Shown in pieces: positions 31,696-42,612 of a stretch of DNA of 64,000 nucleotides. The notes below the pieces were generated by a model. The model worked only from the letters and a program-made list of their open reading frames with translations. It made no database searches and was not told the origin of the DNA. The stretch comes from Sedimentisphaerales bacterium (GTDB taxonomy: Bacteria; Planctomycetota; Phycisphaerae; Sedimentisphaerales; SM23-30): positions 160,001 to 224,000 of the forward strand of contig CAXXFK010000028.1 of assembly GCA_963663965.2 (NCBI GenBank), read 5' to 3'. A program made the position numbers and the translations under genes. Position 1 is the first letter of the stretch. Every line of letters starts with the position of its first letter.

Positions 31696-33333
31696 TTAAT
31701 TGTTTGAAAGGTTTACAATACGAGAAATTGAGCGTATCATTTTAATGTGTTCGACAGCTTCAACGATGCCGATATCAAGTTTCAGTCTCATCTCACGAGT
31801 GGTTTTCGTCAGCAGCGGCTGGTAGGTTACTCTGAAATGCGGGCACTCGGCATAGTCTCCCAGGCCTTCCTTGACCAGGCGTTTGATGATGGCCTCTCGT
31901 TCAATTTCGGACACGCATCCAATCACTGAACGAAGGCTATTCAGGAAAAATGTACCAACGATATCGCTGAGCCGGGCGCTCCACAATTGCTCCAGCCCTT
32001 CAATCGTCGTGTGTGTTCTTGCCTTATAGGCTGTAATTGAACCTCGATCCTTCCAGAAAATATTAATGCCGTATTCAGCCAGCGTTGCAACCTCCAATTC
32101 ATCCCAGTTTTCTGTTGTCAGAGAACCCTGGTCAGCGCCTCGAAGCGACTTTTTGTCTGCCAGATACGGGCCCCACATGGGCTGGGCCAATCCGAAGAGG
32201 TTTGACTCAATGTCTATCTGTGTGTCCAGGTAACTGCGCACACCCAAAGCAGCCGCTGCGCTGACGACGGGAATACCGCTGCACGATAGTGCGCCGCCCC
32301 AGACGCTGAGCCGTGCCCCCAACAGATCGGGAGTCGGGGGATTTTCCCGGCCCATGGCGATCAAATCTTTGGCATTCGCAGTACGAGGCGTGAACCAGAT
32401 GGAAACTGCTTTGCCTGAATTTTCTGCTGCTTCCAACAGCCCGCTTACTTGCCCAAACGATCTCAGTGGAACTGGAAGCAGTATTGAAAACGACTGCAAT
32501 TGACACTTTCTAATCGGATCCATAATGACTTCTGGCTGTTTGAGCGCTTCGGCCAGGGACATCGGCAGCCGAATGATGAGGGCTTTATTCAGGGTGTTTC
32601 GCGCATTAGCGCATACGGTATGGACGGCCATTAAGGTTGACAGGCGCTCGGCGCCGATTTCTTGGCCAATCATGTTGGCATGGTTAAGAAACTCAGCGGT
32701 CAGTTGACCATGTGTCTGACCGGCGGCAGCGATCAGATTTGCCGGATCGGCGCTGTCGCAATGGTCAATGATGGTCATAGCGGTTTTAAGCTGGCTCAGT
32801 GTCAAAGTGTTCAGAAGGTAACTGTCAGGAATCAATAGACTGAGAACGTCATTGGTCTCTGCGGAGGTATCCAGTTGGGACAGGATCTGCGTGACGACTT
32901 TGTTATCTTTCAGTGCGTTCTCAGGTGCATTTTGCCAGTTTTTCTCTGCCTTGGTCAGCTCACTGGTAACCTCTTTAATGGTTTCAATCGCCTTGACGGT
33001 TTGATCTGGACATAACGAATTCGGATTTCGCTTCTGGATTGAACCTGTCAGATCGCACTGCCCGGAGCTATCCAGGACTGGCGCCAATAAGGCTGGATTG
33101 CTGACCGCATCGCTGCCCTTCAGTCGAAGCGCTGAAATACCCGACTGTATGGCCGTTGGCGTCGATTTAATCATATCTGTTGTCAGAACTTCGGGAATAT
33201 CCGAACCGATATACAATGGATCCTTATCGCTGTTTTCCATATGAGGGATGATGAAAACAACGACAGGGGGCTCCAGGACTGGAGTGCTTTCGCGGATGTC
33301 ATTAATCATTTGGGTACGCGTTGAAATAAGCAT
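31696..33333 (-). CDS. Contractile sheath-like protein (TssC/tail sheath-like, tentative)
   Basis: C-terminal EVATLAEYGINIF...AYKART...RLSDIV, ending in beta strands like tail-sheath C-domains; AGGAG RBS favours ATG 33333. Confidence 0.55.
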   Translation of the reverse strand: MLISTRTQMINDIRESTPVLEPPVVVFIIPHMENSDKDPLYIGSDIPEVLTTDMIKSTPTAIQSGISALRLKGSDAVSNPALLAPVLDSSGQCDLTGSIQKRNPNSLCPDQTVKAIETIKEVTSELTKAEKNWQNAPENALKDNKVVTQILSQLDTSAETNDVLSLLIPDSYLLNTLTLSQLKTAMTIIDHCDSADPANLIAAAGQTHGQLTAEFLNHANMIGQEIGAERLSTLMAVHTVCANARNTLNKALIIRLPMSLAEALKQPEVIMDPIRKCQLQSFSILLPVPLRSFGQVSGLLEAAENSGKAVSIWFTPRTANAKDLIAMGRENPPTPDLLGARLSVWGGALSCSGIPVVSAAAALGVRSYLDTQIDIESNLFGLAQPMWGPYLADKKSLRGADQGSLTTENWDELEVATLAEYGINIFWKDRGSITAYKARTHTTIEGLEQLWSARLSDIVGTFFLNSLRSVIGCVSEIEREAIIKRLVKEGLGDYAECPHFRVTYQPLLTKTTREMRLKLDIGIVEAVEHIKMIRSISRIVNLSNN

Positions 33334-33361
33334 AATGGTATCTCCTATATTAAATAGTTGT

Positions 33362-33757
33362 TTATCGACCACAAATAACCTCTGCATGGCCGATTACCAG
33401 TTTAGCCGGTTTGGCCTGCTTTATAATACTCTTGCAGGATCTGACCGGGGCAATGTCATCACAAAGTTGTACGCTGTCATTCATTGTTGCCGGGATTTTA
33501 TCGCCGATTACTAATGGAGTGGGTCCATTTTGAATGAAGTGGGCCTCGCTGACAAACGGTCTGATGCACTTAGGGTCACGATGTTGATTCCCATCCTGGT
33601 GCTCGATGATTTGATCAGTAAAGACCGGATTAGCATTGCCGATTTTGAGCTTGCAGTCCTGGCCTTGAAGGTCTGCCTCAAAGGTCTGGCTTATCGCCGC
33701 GACTGTATTGCCGATGAGCTGATAATGAATATCACTTGTCTGGATTTTGTTTGCCAT
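33362..33757 (-). CDS. PAAR-like (DUF4280-like) protein (tentative)
   Basis: 131 aa; C...KC.P...LVIGDKIPATMNDSVQLC...SII..Q cysteine spacing. Confidence 0.45.
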   Translation of the reverse strand: MANKIQTSDIHYQLIGNTVAAISQTFEADLQGQDCKLKIGNANPVFTDQIIEHQDGNQHRDPKCIRPFVSEAHFIQNGPTPLVIGDKIPATMNDSVQLCDDIAPVRSCKSIIKQAKPAKLVIGHAEVICGR

Positions 33758-33761
33758 AAGA

Positions 33762-35270
33762 TTATCCTTTACTATCATCAGAGTTTTGTTTTTCCGGTTT
33801 CAAACCATTTTCAAGCATAACCACATTTTTAAATACACCAAGGGTTTGGTTGTCCTCGCTGTTCAACTGTGATTCAATCGTTCTGGCAATTCCTAGCGCA
33901 ATTTTCATAGCATTTTTAGCATTTTCATTTTCCAGTTTATCCGAAGAAAAACGAGCGTATATCATGGCTTTGGTGGCTTGAACCTCGAAGTGCTGATGGG
34001 GATTTGCAGTTAAAGCTTCGGCAATTCGTACACGCATCAGGCACTGGTCGAGTCCGAGTACACCGGACTTAACGCCGTCATCCAGCGGAAAAAGCATATC
34101 CCGAGACGTGACCGTTTCAACGGCATACCTGTCATCCATCGGACTCGGCAATGTCGCCGCATACAGGAGACGCCGGGTTTTCATGCCAACCACCCTGAGA
34201 CGATATTGATCTGCTTTCAATTGAAGCTGAACGATTACCAGTTCTTTATCCTTATAACCGGCTGCCTGGACAATGGATGCCGCATTCGCGACCGTCATCC
34301 AGCTGGATACCTCCACATTGGGTATGTCAAATCCCAGGAGTTTGGAAAACAGGCCGCTTGCGATAATCGGAGCATCCTTGGAGCGAGGCAGTTGTGAAAC
34401 ATAACATGTAAGCCAGTGTCTCACATCGTCATTAGTGGCCATAATGGCGATGATAAAATCCTCCTGGTCAAGAATTTTGGCTAGCTTGTCGGCATCAATA
34501 GATTCAGTCCATTCCGCTATAGTGTGATTAGTCCGAGTAGATTGCATGGCCGGATATGTCAGCGATGTTGAATCAGGCATTTCAGCCGGATTATTTACCT
34601 CTTTTGTTGATTTTTGAAAGGCCCAGGCAATTCCGGTAATCGCAAGCATGACCACAAAAATCGCCATGGGAATTACAAACGACGGCTCACAGTGGAAAAT
34701 ACTATCTTTGACTGCTTTGTAACGACGGTAAAGGGCGCTGGGGGCAGGGCGATAAGGTGCCAGCATTTCTGCTAGGCCCGGATGCTGTTCCGGTAGATTC
34801 TCAAACGGCTTACGGTACTTGCGCCGGCCTTTAAAGATGATTTTTGCGATCGTGTTTCGAACTTGCTGGTTGCCCGTAGCGGCCAGATGTGCAAACACAA
34901 CTGCGGCGGGCAGGTTGGCTCTCCCATCTATGTTAACCGGGTGAGTTTCCGGATTCCACCCGAGAGCCATCAGCAATTCGCTATAGAAATGGAGATCTGA
35001 TATGAGCAGGGCCGGATCAAGTAGATATCGGGCAACCGTCTGGCGGAGTTCCTCTAGGCACAGATCGGGATCATGGATTCGATCCAGTACTGGCTGAAGA
35101 TCCTGTTTGTTATCGATACGGTTTAACGATTTGCTGATAAGGAAGTCAATTGCCTTTTTTATCACTGGATGGCAGTTATCGACGGCATCCAGGAGAAGGT
35201 GATATTCTTCAGTTTCGAGGTGATTAACTTCGCGAAGCCGGGCGACAAGTTGTGTCACTTTAGGATTCAT
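33762..35270 (-). CDS. Hypothetical bitopic membrane protein
   Basis: Helical N-terminal domain, one TM segment (FVIPMAIFVVMLAITGIAWAF), large C-terminal domain. Confidence 0.7.
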   Translation of the reverse strand: MNPKVTQLVARLREVNHLETEEYHLLLDAVDNCHPVIKKAIDFLISKSLNRIDNKQDLQPVLDRIHDPDLCLEELRQTVARYLLDPALLISDLHFYSELLMALGWNPETHPVNIDGRANLPAAVVFAHLAATGNQQVRNTIAKIIFKGRRKYRKPFENLPEQHPGLAEMLAPYRPAPSALYRRYKAVKDSIFHCEPSFVIPMAIFVVMLAITGIAWAFQKSTKEVNNPAEMPDSTSLTYPAMQSTRTNHTIAEWTESIDADKLAKILDQEDFIIAIMATNDDVRHWLTCYVSQLPRSKDAPIIASGLFSKLLGFDIPNVEVSSWMTVANAASIVQAAGYKDKELVIVQLQLKADQYRLRVVGMKTRRLLYAATLPSPMDDRYAVETVTSRDMLFPLDDGVKSGVLGLDQCLMRVRIAEALTANPHQHFEVQATKAMIYARFSSDKLENENAKNAMKIALGIARTIESQLNSEDNQTLGVFKNVVMLENGLKPEKQNSDDSKG

Positions 35271-35321
35271 ATTGTTTGATTCCTTTCTTTTTGTACGGGT
35301 TGTTTACTAAGGATCGTGTTC

Positions 35322-35495
35322 TCAAGCGGGAATTGCGTGGCTGGTATGATACAGCCTATCTCGTGTCATATTGGCACAGTTATCACAGTCGAACTTGCTC
35401 CTATGGATTTCTGTATTTTGGGGAGATTCCTTCGTAGCGTTGATCGTTTTAATTTGAGTGGTACCGTCTGGGGCAACAATGAATATTCGCTTCAT
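35322..35495 (-). CDS. 57-aa protein with N-terminal FIVxPxGxTxI motif
   Basis: AGGAG RBS; MKRIFIVAPDGTTQIKT; CxxC. Confidence 0.6.
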   Translation of the reverse strand: MKRIFIVAPDGTTQIKTINATKESPQNTEIHRSKFDCDNCANMTRDRLYHTSHAIPA

Positions 35496-36096
35496 GATTA
35501 TTCTCCTATGAATAGTGGTTGTGTTAAAATTCTCATCGATCGTCGTGAATAAAATATACAACAAAGAGAACTTGTACTTCGTCAAGTCTGGATATTACAA
35601 TGAAAGCATCCAGTCGTTTTGTCGGTTTAATGAGGTTCATTATCTTCATCTCTTTAGTATCAAATATTTGTCACTAATAGGTCTTTGCCCATAAGGGGTA
35701 CTCCTGAAGAAAAATATCAAAAAAAATTGGAAAATTTTATTATGCTGAAGCGTAACTATGAAATGGATTGGATTTGTAGGACAAAATCAAACGTATGTAA
35801 GATGTTAATAACTAAAGAGATAGAGATGTATTTTTTGTTTGGGGCCAAATGGCAATAAAAAGTTCTTTTGGGTTGAATATTGTTGCTTTTACCATGACGA
35901 ACAATTATGATTTTGCTATCGAATTTGTCGATTTGTCGATCAAAAACTTAGCTTTTAATAACCGCCTTCTTAAAATGTCACTATTCGTATTGTGATATGA
36001 TACTTCCTTTTTTAAGCGTGTATTTTGGTCGGTTATTATACCACTTAATAAACAGGACATGTTATTGATATCACACATACTTAAGAGAGGTTTATT

Positions 36097-39000
36097 ATGA
36101 ATTGCCTGGTTTACTTGTTTTTAAGCGTGCTAATTGTATTGGGTCAAAATGTCTTTGCCCAAGACAAAAGTGGTTTTTCGGAGCACAACGAATCAGAACA
36201 GAAACTCCCTACGACGGAATCACTTGAAGCGACTAAAACTGTCAGGGAGAAAATCCAGGCCCATCTTCAAATGTATGAGTATGATAAGGCATTGCCCCTT
36301 TTAGAACAGCGGCTAGAAATTGTTAAAAAGTCGCACAATAATCAACCTCATAGAGAAGTAGCTGAAATTCTTGACAATATTGCTGATTGTAAATACCGAT
36401 ATTTTTGGCCTAATGAGGCGGTTGCGTATCAACAAAAAGCCCATCAAATGTGGTTAAAATTATTTCCAGAAGAAAACTGTGTCGACGTGGCGAGAAGCTA
36501 TACTCGAATGGCTATTTATCTTGCGGCCACAGGAGCCATTCCCGAAAGCCGTCAGCACCAACAGAAGGCAAATGATATTTGGGTGAAATATGCTACTGAC
36601 ACAAATCCCGATATGATTAGAAACAGTACACTAAAAGCCATATACTTCAATAGCGAAGGATATCCCGACAAGGCCATTCAACAAATCAACATGGCGCTTG
36701 ATTTATGGCAAAAGACTTATCCCAACAAGAAATACCCGGATATGACTAAATGTTATATCCAATTAGCTCAGAGCTATGAGGCCATGCAACACCCTGAGCA
36801 GGCCCAAACTCAATTTGATAATGCAATCAAATTGCTGTTGGAAATATTCTCTGATCGGGATTGTCCAGATATTGCATGGTGTAAATCGGAATTAGCGGGT
36901 TATCAGCAAAGATTGGGCCGTTACCAAGACGCCTTAACATCTCAAAATGAGGCTGTTGAAATTTGGCTGAAATTATATCCCGACTTGAGTCATCCGATGG
37001 TGGCCCATAACTTTACCTTACTTGCCAACTGTTATGCTCAAAATAATGAAAATTCTAATGCGATAAGGTATTACCAAAAAGCGATTGATGCTTACAATGT
37101 CTACCATCATAATCAGAACCATCCTGATATTGCCAGAAGTTATACAAATCTGGCTATGTATTATCAAAATACGGAAAACCCCGCCCAAGCAGAAGCTTAT
37201 CAAAAAAAAGCGGTTGAAATGTGGTTACACTTGGATCCTAAGATGTCTCATCCTGAAATCGCATGGAACATTACAGTATTGGCAAATTGCTATGTCGCCT
37301 TGAATAAAAGCCCGGAGGCGGTTTTGCATTTTGAAAAAGCCCTAACGGCGAATCTTAATATGTATAAGAATCAAGATCATCCTGAAATAGCAAATAGTTA
37401 TCTTAATCTTGGACGCTATCTTGGGATGACAGGCCATTGGAATGAAGCAATGCCGGTTATTAAGAAGGCTGTTGCAATGTGGGAGCAATTGTCTCCGAAC
37501 AAGTATTTTGCTGAGATAGCTATCAGTAAAACGGTTTTGGCTGGTTGTTTAACCATGGGGGGCAAGCATACCGAAGCTTTGCCGGTTATTGAAGAGGCCG
37601 TAAAAATATGGGACCAGTTCCTGCCCGGTCAGAATTATATAGAGATCATCAAAAGCAAAACTGTTCTGGCCGGCTGCCTGTTCGGGGTAGGACGCCATAA
37701 TGAAGCATTGCCGGAAATTAAGGATGCAGTGGCGATGTTAGACCAATTATTTCCGAACAAAGATCTTGCTGAAAAGGCTATGAGCAAGACGTTGTTTGCC
37801 GGTTGTCTAGCCGGGATTGGTGAGTATACTGAAGCGTTGTCAGTTATAGAAGATGCGGTTAAAATGTGGGATCGGCTCCTGCCCGGCCAGGATCATCTCG
37901 AGATCGCCAGAAGCAAAGCTGTCCAGGCAGGGGTACTTTCGTTCGCAGGCCGCTATGATGAAGCCTTGCCGATAATTGAGCAAGCCAATACAATGTGGGA
38001 AAAGCTTTTGTCCGACCAGATTCGCCCTGAAATCGCTATCAGTTATACTATTAAGGGTGAAAGCCTTTTGGGGTGTGGGAAGGCTCAAGATGCTCTCTTC
38101 TTTATTACAAAGGCGAAAGAGATATATGACCAAATATACCGCAATCAAGATCATCCGGAAGTAGCTAGATGTAATACTGTATTAGCAGGATGCCTGGCCG
38201 ACTTAAAAAGATTTCAAGAAGCGTTACCCATTGCCAGTAACAGTAATAAGATGTGGATAAAGTTATATCCTGGTGAAGATCGCCCAGAAGTTGCTTTCAG
38301 CCATTCCGTTCTAGCAAGATGTTTTGACTACACTGGAAATCCAGGTAAAGCATTGGAATATCAGAAAAAATCCCATGATATGCTACTTAGAATGTCGCAT
38401 GGAAAAGATAATCTTGGAGTGGCTATGAGCTACACGAGATTAGCCCTCATTTATCTGGATGCATTAAAAATGCCTCAGGAAGCCCTGAAATATCAGGAAG
38501 AAGCTTTGGCTATGCTTAAAAGTCTCTATCCTGATCAAAATCATCCAGAAATTGCCCGGTGCTATTTTATTAAAGGTGGATGTTATTTATCCACAGAACC
38601 TGATGAGGCAATCAGGTATTACGACAAAGCACTTAAGATACGCTTACGGCTTCTTCCTGTCGATCATCCTGATATAGCTTTAAATTATTCCAAGATCAGC
38701 CTTGCGTATATGATGAAGCACGAATACTCTATGGCATCGGTGAACCAGCAAAAAGCTTTGGATATATATTTGCAATTATATGAAAATCAATATAACCAGG
38801 ATGTCGTGGATAGTTATAATGGAGTAATTGTATGCTATATTATGGTAAAACGATATCAAGATGCGATTAGTCGATGTAATGATCTTTATAACTATTTGAA
38901 ACGATTTAAAGATGACGATGATCCTGAAATTATCAAAGTATATGAAAAGATAGCCTTGTGCTATTCTGCTCTTGATCAACATTCCGAGGCAAAAAAATAT

Positions 39001-41847
39001 TATGAAAAGCTAGATGGGATTCTTCATAACGATAGATCAGCAATAATTAAAAACTATCTTGATTTATCAAAATGCAATCTCTATCTATGCCATTTCGATG
39101 AAGCGTTGAAGTATTGTGATATGGCCCTCACCGAAGCATTGAATTATGGAAACAGCGAATTAATGGCTAGCAGTTATTTGGAAACCGCTATTGTCTATTT
39201 ACTGTCATCTTCGCCTCGGAAAGCGGTTGATTATGCGAGGAATGCTTTGGCTATTTATAGAGACATATCAGGTGAAAAGAGTCCGGATGTCGCACTGTGC
39301 TATGCTACATTATCGAGTTGTCTTCCTGCGGCAGGCAAACATGCAGAGGCGTATTCATACTGCATGAAATCATACGAATTATGGCAAGAGATTTTTCAAG
39401 ACACACATTCCATTAGCCCTGATCTTCAATATTTTTCATACAGAGATAGCTATGCTTCAATGAGCAAAATGAAAGGACTCTATTATTTAATGTATGAGAA
39501 ATATTCAGAGGCATCCGCTTGTCTGGAAGAATTTTTTGAATGGTATTCCGGGACGGATCAGATGGAGTTAATTGGTGGAGTTGTCGTGCAGGCCCTATGT
39601 TTTATTGCATTAGAAAAAGATGAAGAAGCACGTAAATTGCTTGATGATAGTCAGGAATTATTCAGACAATTTCGATTGGGTGATATCAGATCCTCATTCT
39701 ATCATATGTTACTGGCATCATGTTATATGTCTTTGGAGCAGCCAGAAGAAGCTCTTTCCTTGGTGGAGAAGGCGCTGGAAATCAGTCGGAGTCGATATCC
39801 TACTGAGGATAATTTGGAAATTGCGATGGAATATATTATGTTAGGCGCTATTTATGGTTCCTGTAGTCAGTATCCAGAGGCATATCTGCGATTTAATCAG
39901 GCTACCCAAATTTATAAAAAACATGATCACAATATTGGTATGGCTGCCGGGTATCGTGGCCAATACGCTTGCAGCTATCTATCATCAAATGATGCTACTG
40001 AAACCATTACACTATTAGAGAACGCATTGTCTTCCAGTTGGAAGCATATCGCTATTAATTTTCCATATTGCAATCAATCATTGAAAGAGCAACTCTTGTC
40101 CAGTGAATCGATGGATTTTCAGGGACAGCAGGATCTGATGTTCAACTTGATCTTAAAGAGAACGTCAAAAACAGACTCGTTGTCTCAAACAGCAAGAAAC
40201 ACAATTGGATATCAAACGCTTCTAGATATGAAACATGTTTTGCTGGAAGCCCAGGCAAAAGAGCAGCAAGTGATAAATGCCATTGCACGGTTGGACCCAG
40301 ACATTAAAGAGAAGTGCCAAAAATATATCGATCTCAGAAGGCAATATTCCCCTTTATGGATTCAATCTATAGATCCATCACAAAGTACGCAACCTGTCTC
40401 ACCTGAATGCCTTGAGAAATTGCATAATGAAATCGATTCTCTTGCCAGAGATATCCGCGATACAAATCCTCAATTTTTTCAAAATGCCGAGTTAGATAGA
40501 ATCTCCATTGCGGATATTCAAAAGTCCTTAAGGCCCGGACAAGTTCTGCTTGACTATGTAACATATCGACCATTAGATTTAGATAAAGTTGATTCAATTT
40601 CATTTAGCGACCAGCTACGCTATGCGGTTTTTATATTAAGTGGGGATACTGAAATAATTAACTTCATTGATCTGGAAAATTCTGAAAAGCTGGATTATTT
40701 TATTGAACAGTATCTCGACCTGTTAGAAAAACAAACCAAGCCAAGTATAAATGGCAGACACTTAAGCCAGGATGATGAACTGACGTTAGCCTCTATTTCG
40801 TCTCGAATCAAAAATATAATTTTACCAAAGGATGTTATCGCCTGTCTGGATCATGCTGACCGGTTGTATATTGTTCCAGCCGGCAATTTATTCCGTTTTC
40901 CATTTGAAGCGTTGCCGGGCCGGGAAATGAACGCCGGTCCGGATCTGAATTACCTGATAGATCAATATCAATTCGATATTATCTACTTAAACACTGCACG
41001 AGAATTAGTGAATCGAATTACCACAGACACAACCAGTGACTGGAATAGTGTTAAGCCTAAAAAGGCATGTAGCATTGTAAACCCGGACTTTAATGCAGAG
41101 TCGAGTTCTGTCAAAAGAAAATCCGAAAATAAAGACATGAAATTATTTCTTCCTGAGCCCGAGGTAGAGTTGATGGAGTACGGCGAAGGCATGATAGCTC
41201 GTGTGCCAAAAAAATGGGGCCAATTACCCCTTACTCAAAAATTAACAGATTCACTTAGCAGTCTTTTAAAACAAGGTTTCACGTTGGATCCAAATTGTTC
41301 TGGTGTTTTAGCGGTAGAAAAAGCATTTTATGATGGATCGCATTGTCAAATTATGAATATTGCCACCCATGGTTATTACTGTAACAATAAATGGATCAAT
41401 CCGTTGAATCGCTCAATGTTAATTATGGCGGGTGCTAATAATCGCGACCCCAATAATTACCCTGATGATAGCCTTCTAACTGCTTATGAAATAGTTGGCA
41501 CGGATTTGAGCGATGTCGATTTCGTGAATCTCATTGCTTGTCAAACTGGCCAAGGCCAGTTAGATAATTATCATGGTGTGATTGGTCTTCGGTCTGCTTT
41601 TATGATGGCCGGCGCTCGCTCAATGAGCGCCAGTTTATGGAGCGTTGATGAAGCATCGACTGTCGTTCAGATGACTGATTTTTATAATTGTTGGCTAGGT
41701 AACGACCATATCGATTCTTATAACCGATATCGAGCATTCAGGGCGGCCCAGCTGGAAGCCAGAAAAAGGAATCCTCACCCTTGGTATTGGGCCGGTTTCG
41801 TGTATATTGGCGATCCCGGCGACTGGCCAGGTCGCCAAACACAATAA
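36097..41847 (+). CDS. Signal-peptide TPR-repeat CHAT (caspase-like) protease
   Basis: Signal peptide ...QNVFA; many ~43-aa TPR repeats with HP(E/D)(I/V)A; catalytic IATHG and IACQTG; SLWSV, HPWYWAGF. Confidence 0.92.
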   Translation: MNCLVYLFLSVLIVLGQNVFAQDKSGFSEHNESEQKLPTTESLEATKTVREKIQAHLQMYEYDKALPLLEQRLEIVKKSHNNQPHREVAEILDNIADCKYRYFWPNEAVAYQQKAHQMWLKLFPEENCVDVARSYTRMAIYLAATGAIPESRQHQQKANDIWVKYATDTNPDMIRNSTLKAIYFNSEGYPDKAIQQINMALDLWQKTYPNKKYPDMTKCYIQLAQSYEAMQHPEQAQTQFDNAIKLLLEIFSDRDCPDIAWCKSELAGYQQRLGRYQDALTSQNEAVEIWLKLYPDLSHPMVAHNFTLLANCYAQNNENSNAIRYYQKAIDAYNVYHHNQNHPDIARSYTNLAMYYQNTENPAQAEAYQKKAVEMWLHLDPKMSHPEIAWNITVLANCYVALNKSPEAVLHFEKALTANLNMYKNQDHPEIANSYLNLGRYLGMTGHWNEAMPVIKKAVAMWEQLSPNKYFAEIAISKTVLAGCLTMGGKHTEALPVIEEAVKIWDQFLPGQNYIEIIKSKTVLAGCLFGVGRHNEALPEIKDAVAMLDQLFPNKDLAEKAMSKTLFAGCLAGIGEYTEALSVIEDAVKMWDRLLPGQDHLEIARSKAVQAGVLSFAGRYDEALPIIEQANTMWEKLLSDQIRPEIAISYTIKGESLLGCGKAQDALFFITKAKEIYDQIYRNQDHPEVARCNTVLAGCLADLKRFQEALPIASNSNKMWIKLYPGEDRPEVAFSHSVLARCFDYTGNPGKALEYQKKSHDMLLRMSHGKDNLGVAMSYTRLALIYLDALKMPQEALKYQEEALAMLKSLYPDQNHPEIARCYFIKGGCYLSTEPDEAIRYYDKALKIRLRLLPVDHPDIALNYSKISLAYMMKHEYSMASVNQQKALDIYLQLYENQYNQDVVDSYNGVIVCYIMVKRYQDAISRCNDLYNYLKRFKDDDDPEIIKVYEKIALCYSALDQHSEAKKYYEKLDGILHNDRSAIIKNYLDLSKCNLYLCHFDEALKYCDMALTEALNYGNSELMASSYLETAIVYLLSSSPRKAVDYARNALAIYRDISGEKSPDVALCYATLSSCLPAAGKHAEAYSYCMKSYELWQEIFQDTHSISPDLQYFSYRDSYASMSKMKGLYYLMYEKYSEASACLEEFFEWYSGTDQMELIGGVVVQALCFIALEKDEEARKLLDDSQELFRQFRLGDIRSSFYHMLLASCYMSLEQPEEALSLVEKALEISRSRYPTEDNLEIAMEYIMLGAIYGSCSQYPEAYLRFNQATQIYKKHDHNIGMAAGYRGQYACSYLSSNDATETITLLENALSSSWKHIAINFPYCNQSLKEQLLSSESMDFQGQQDLMFNLILKRTSKTDSLSQTARNTIGYQTLLDMKHVLLEAQAKEQQVINAIARLDPDIKEKCQKYIDLRRQYSPLWIQSIDPSQSTQPVSPECLEKLHNEIDSLARDIRDTNPQFFQNAELDRISIADIQKSLRPGQVLLDYVTYRPLDLDKVDSISFSDQLRYAVFILSGDTEIINFIDLENSEKLDYFIEQYLDLLEKQTKPSINGRHLSQDDELTLASISSRIKNIILPKDVIACLDHADRLYIVPAGNLFRFPFEALPGREMNAGPDLNYLIDQYQFDIIYLNTARELVNRITTDTTSDWNSVKPKKACSIVNPDFNAESSSVKRKSENKDMKLFLPEPEVELMEYGEGMIARVPKKWGQLPLTQKLTDSLSSLLKQGFTLDPNCSGVLAVEKAFYDGSHCQIMNIATHGYYCNNKWINPLNRSMLIMAGANNRDPNNYPDDSLLTAYEIVGTDLSDVDFVNLIACQTGQGQLDNYHGVIGLRSAFMMAGARSMSASLWSVDEASTVVQMTDFYNCWLGNDHIDSYNRYRAFRAAQLEARKRNPHPWYWAGFVYIGDPGDWPGRQTQ

Positions 41848-42113
41848 TTATTACTGTTCTTAGAATTGTAAGTTGGTTTTATTTGGCCATATTACAATTA
41901 TAGCTTGAGTTTACATAAGGGCCTATAAAAAAAGGTGTTATGTATTATTGTCTGTTTGGCCAATAATGCCTTTTCGGCATTTTTCCCGATTATGTATATT
42001 CGAGTAATTCATTTAAGGGCGGAAAAAACATAAAAAAAGGTGAAATTTCCATAAATGATTCCTCCATATAAGTGAAAGTAAACATTACATCACTTATTAT
42101 GGAGATTTCAATT

Positions 42114-42452
42114 ATGAGAACTTTTATTGTGGATCCAAATGGCAAAACCTGGATTGAAAATTCAGCGCTTTCTCTATCGAATCAATGTCCCTCAAATCAA
42201 AATGCTGTTACTGGAAAGAGTTGTTCTAACCATCGGAATGTGAGGGAGTCCAAAGAACACGATGGGGGATATGGGATTATTAAAGCAGTCGTTTTTTTGA
42301 TTGTATTAGCGATTTATTTAGGGATTACATTTGCAGTATTAAACTGGTTACCCTGCGGCCATTACCCGGTGTTGTTAGTTAGTCTGCCTGGATTATTAAT
42401 CACCTGGCCTTTATGGAGCATCGTGTCGGACGAATTCGGGTGGTCTGATTAA
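42114..42452 (+). CDS. Small 2-TM protein with FIVxPxGxTxI motif
   Basis: GGAG RBS; MRTFIVDPNGKTWIEN; two C-terminal hydrophobic helices. Confidence 0.7.
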   Translation: MRTFIVDPNGKTWIENSALSLSNQCPSNQNAVTGKSCSNHRNVRESKEHDGGYGIIKAVVFLIVLAIYLGITFAVLNWLPCGHYPVLLVSLPGLLITWPLWSIVSDEFGWSD

Positions 42453-42612
42453 TAGCCAATCGTAATATTCTTATAAATTGAATACGGATGAATCAACATT
42501 TTCATGATCATTATTTCTAGCAAATATTCGATACCTTAAACCCATGTCAGGCATTTCAATTGACCTGGGAATAAGTCAGTAAAGTGCTATCATTTTCATA
42601 AGGAATCAGCTC

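Noticed and set aside
25698..35270. Prophage tail operon or housekeeping dnaK
   Set aside because: No capsid, terminase, portal or tape measure recognisable; the Hsp70 is divergent and lacks dnaJ/grpE.
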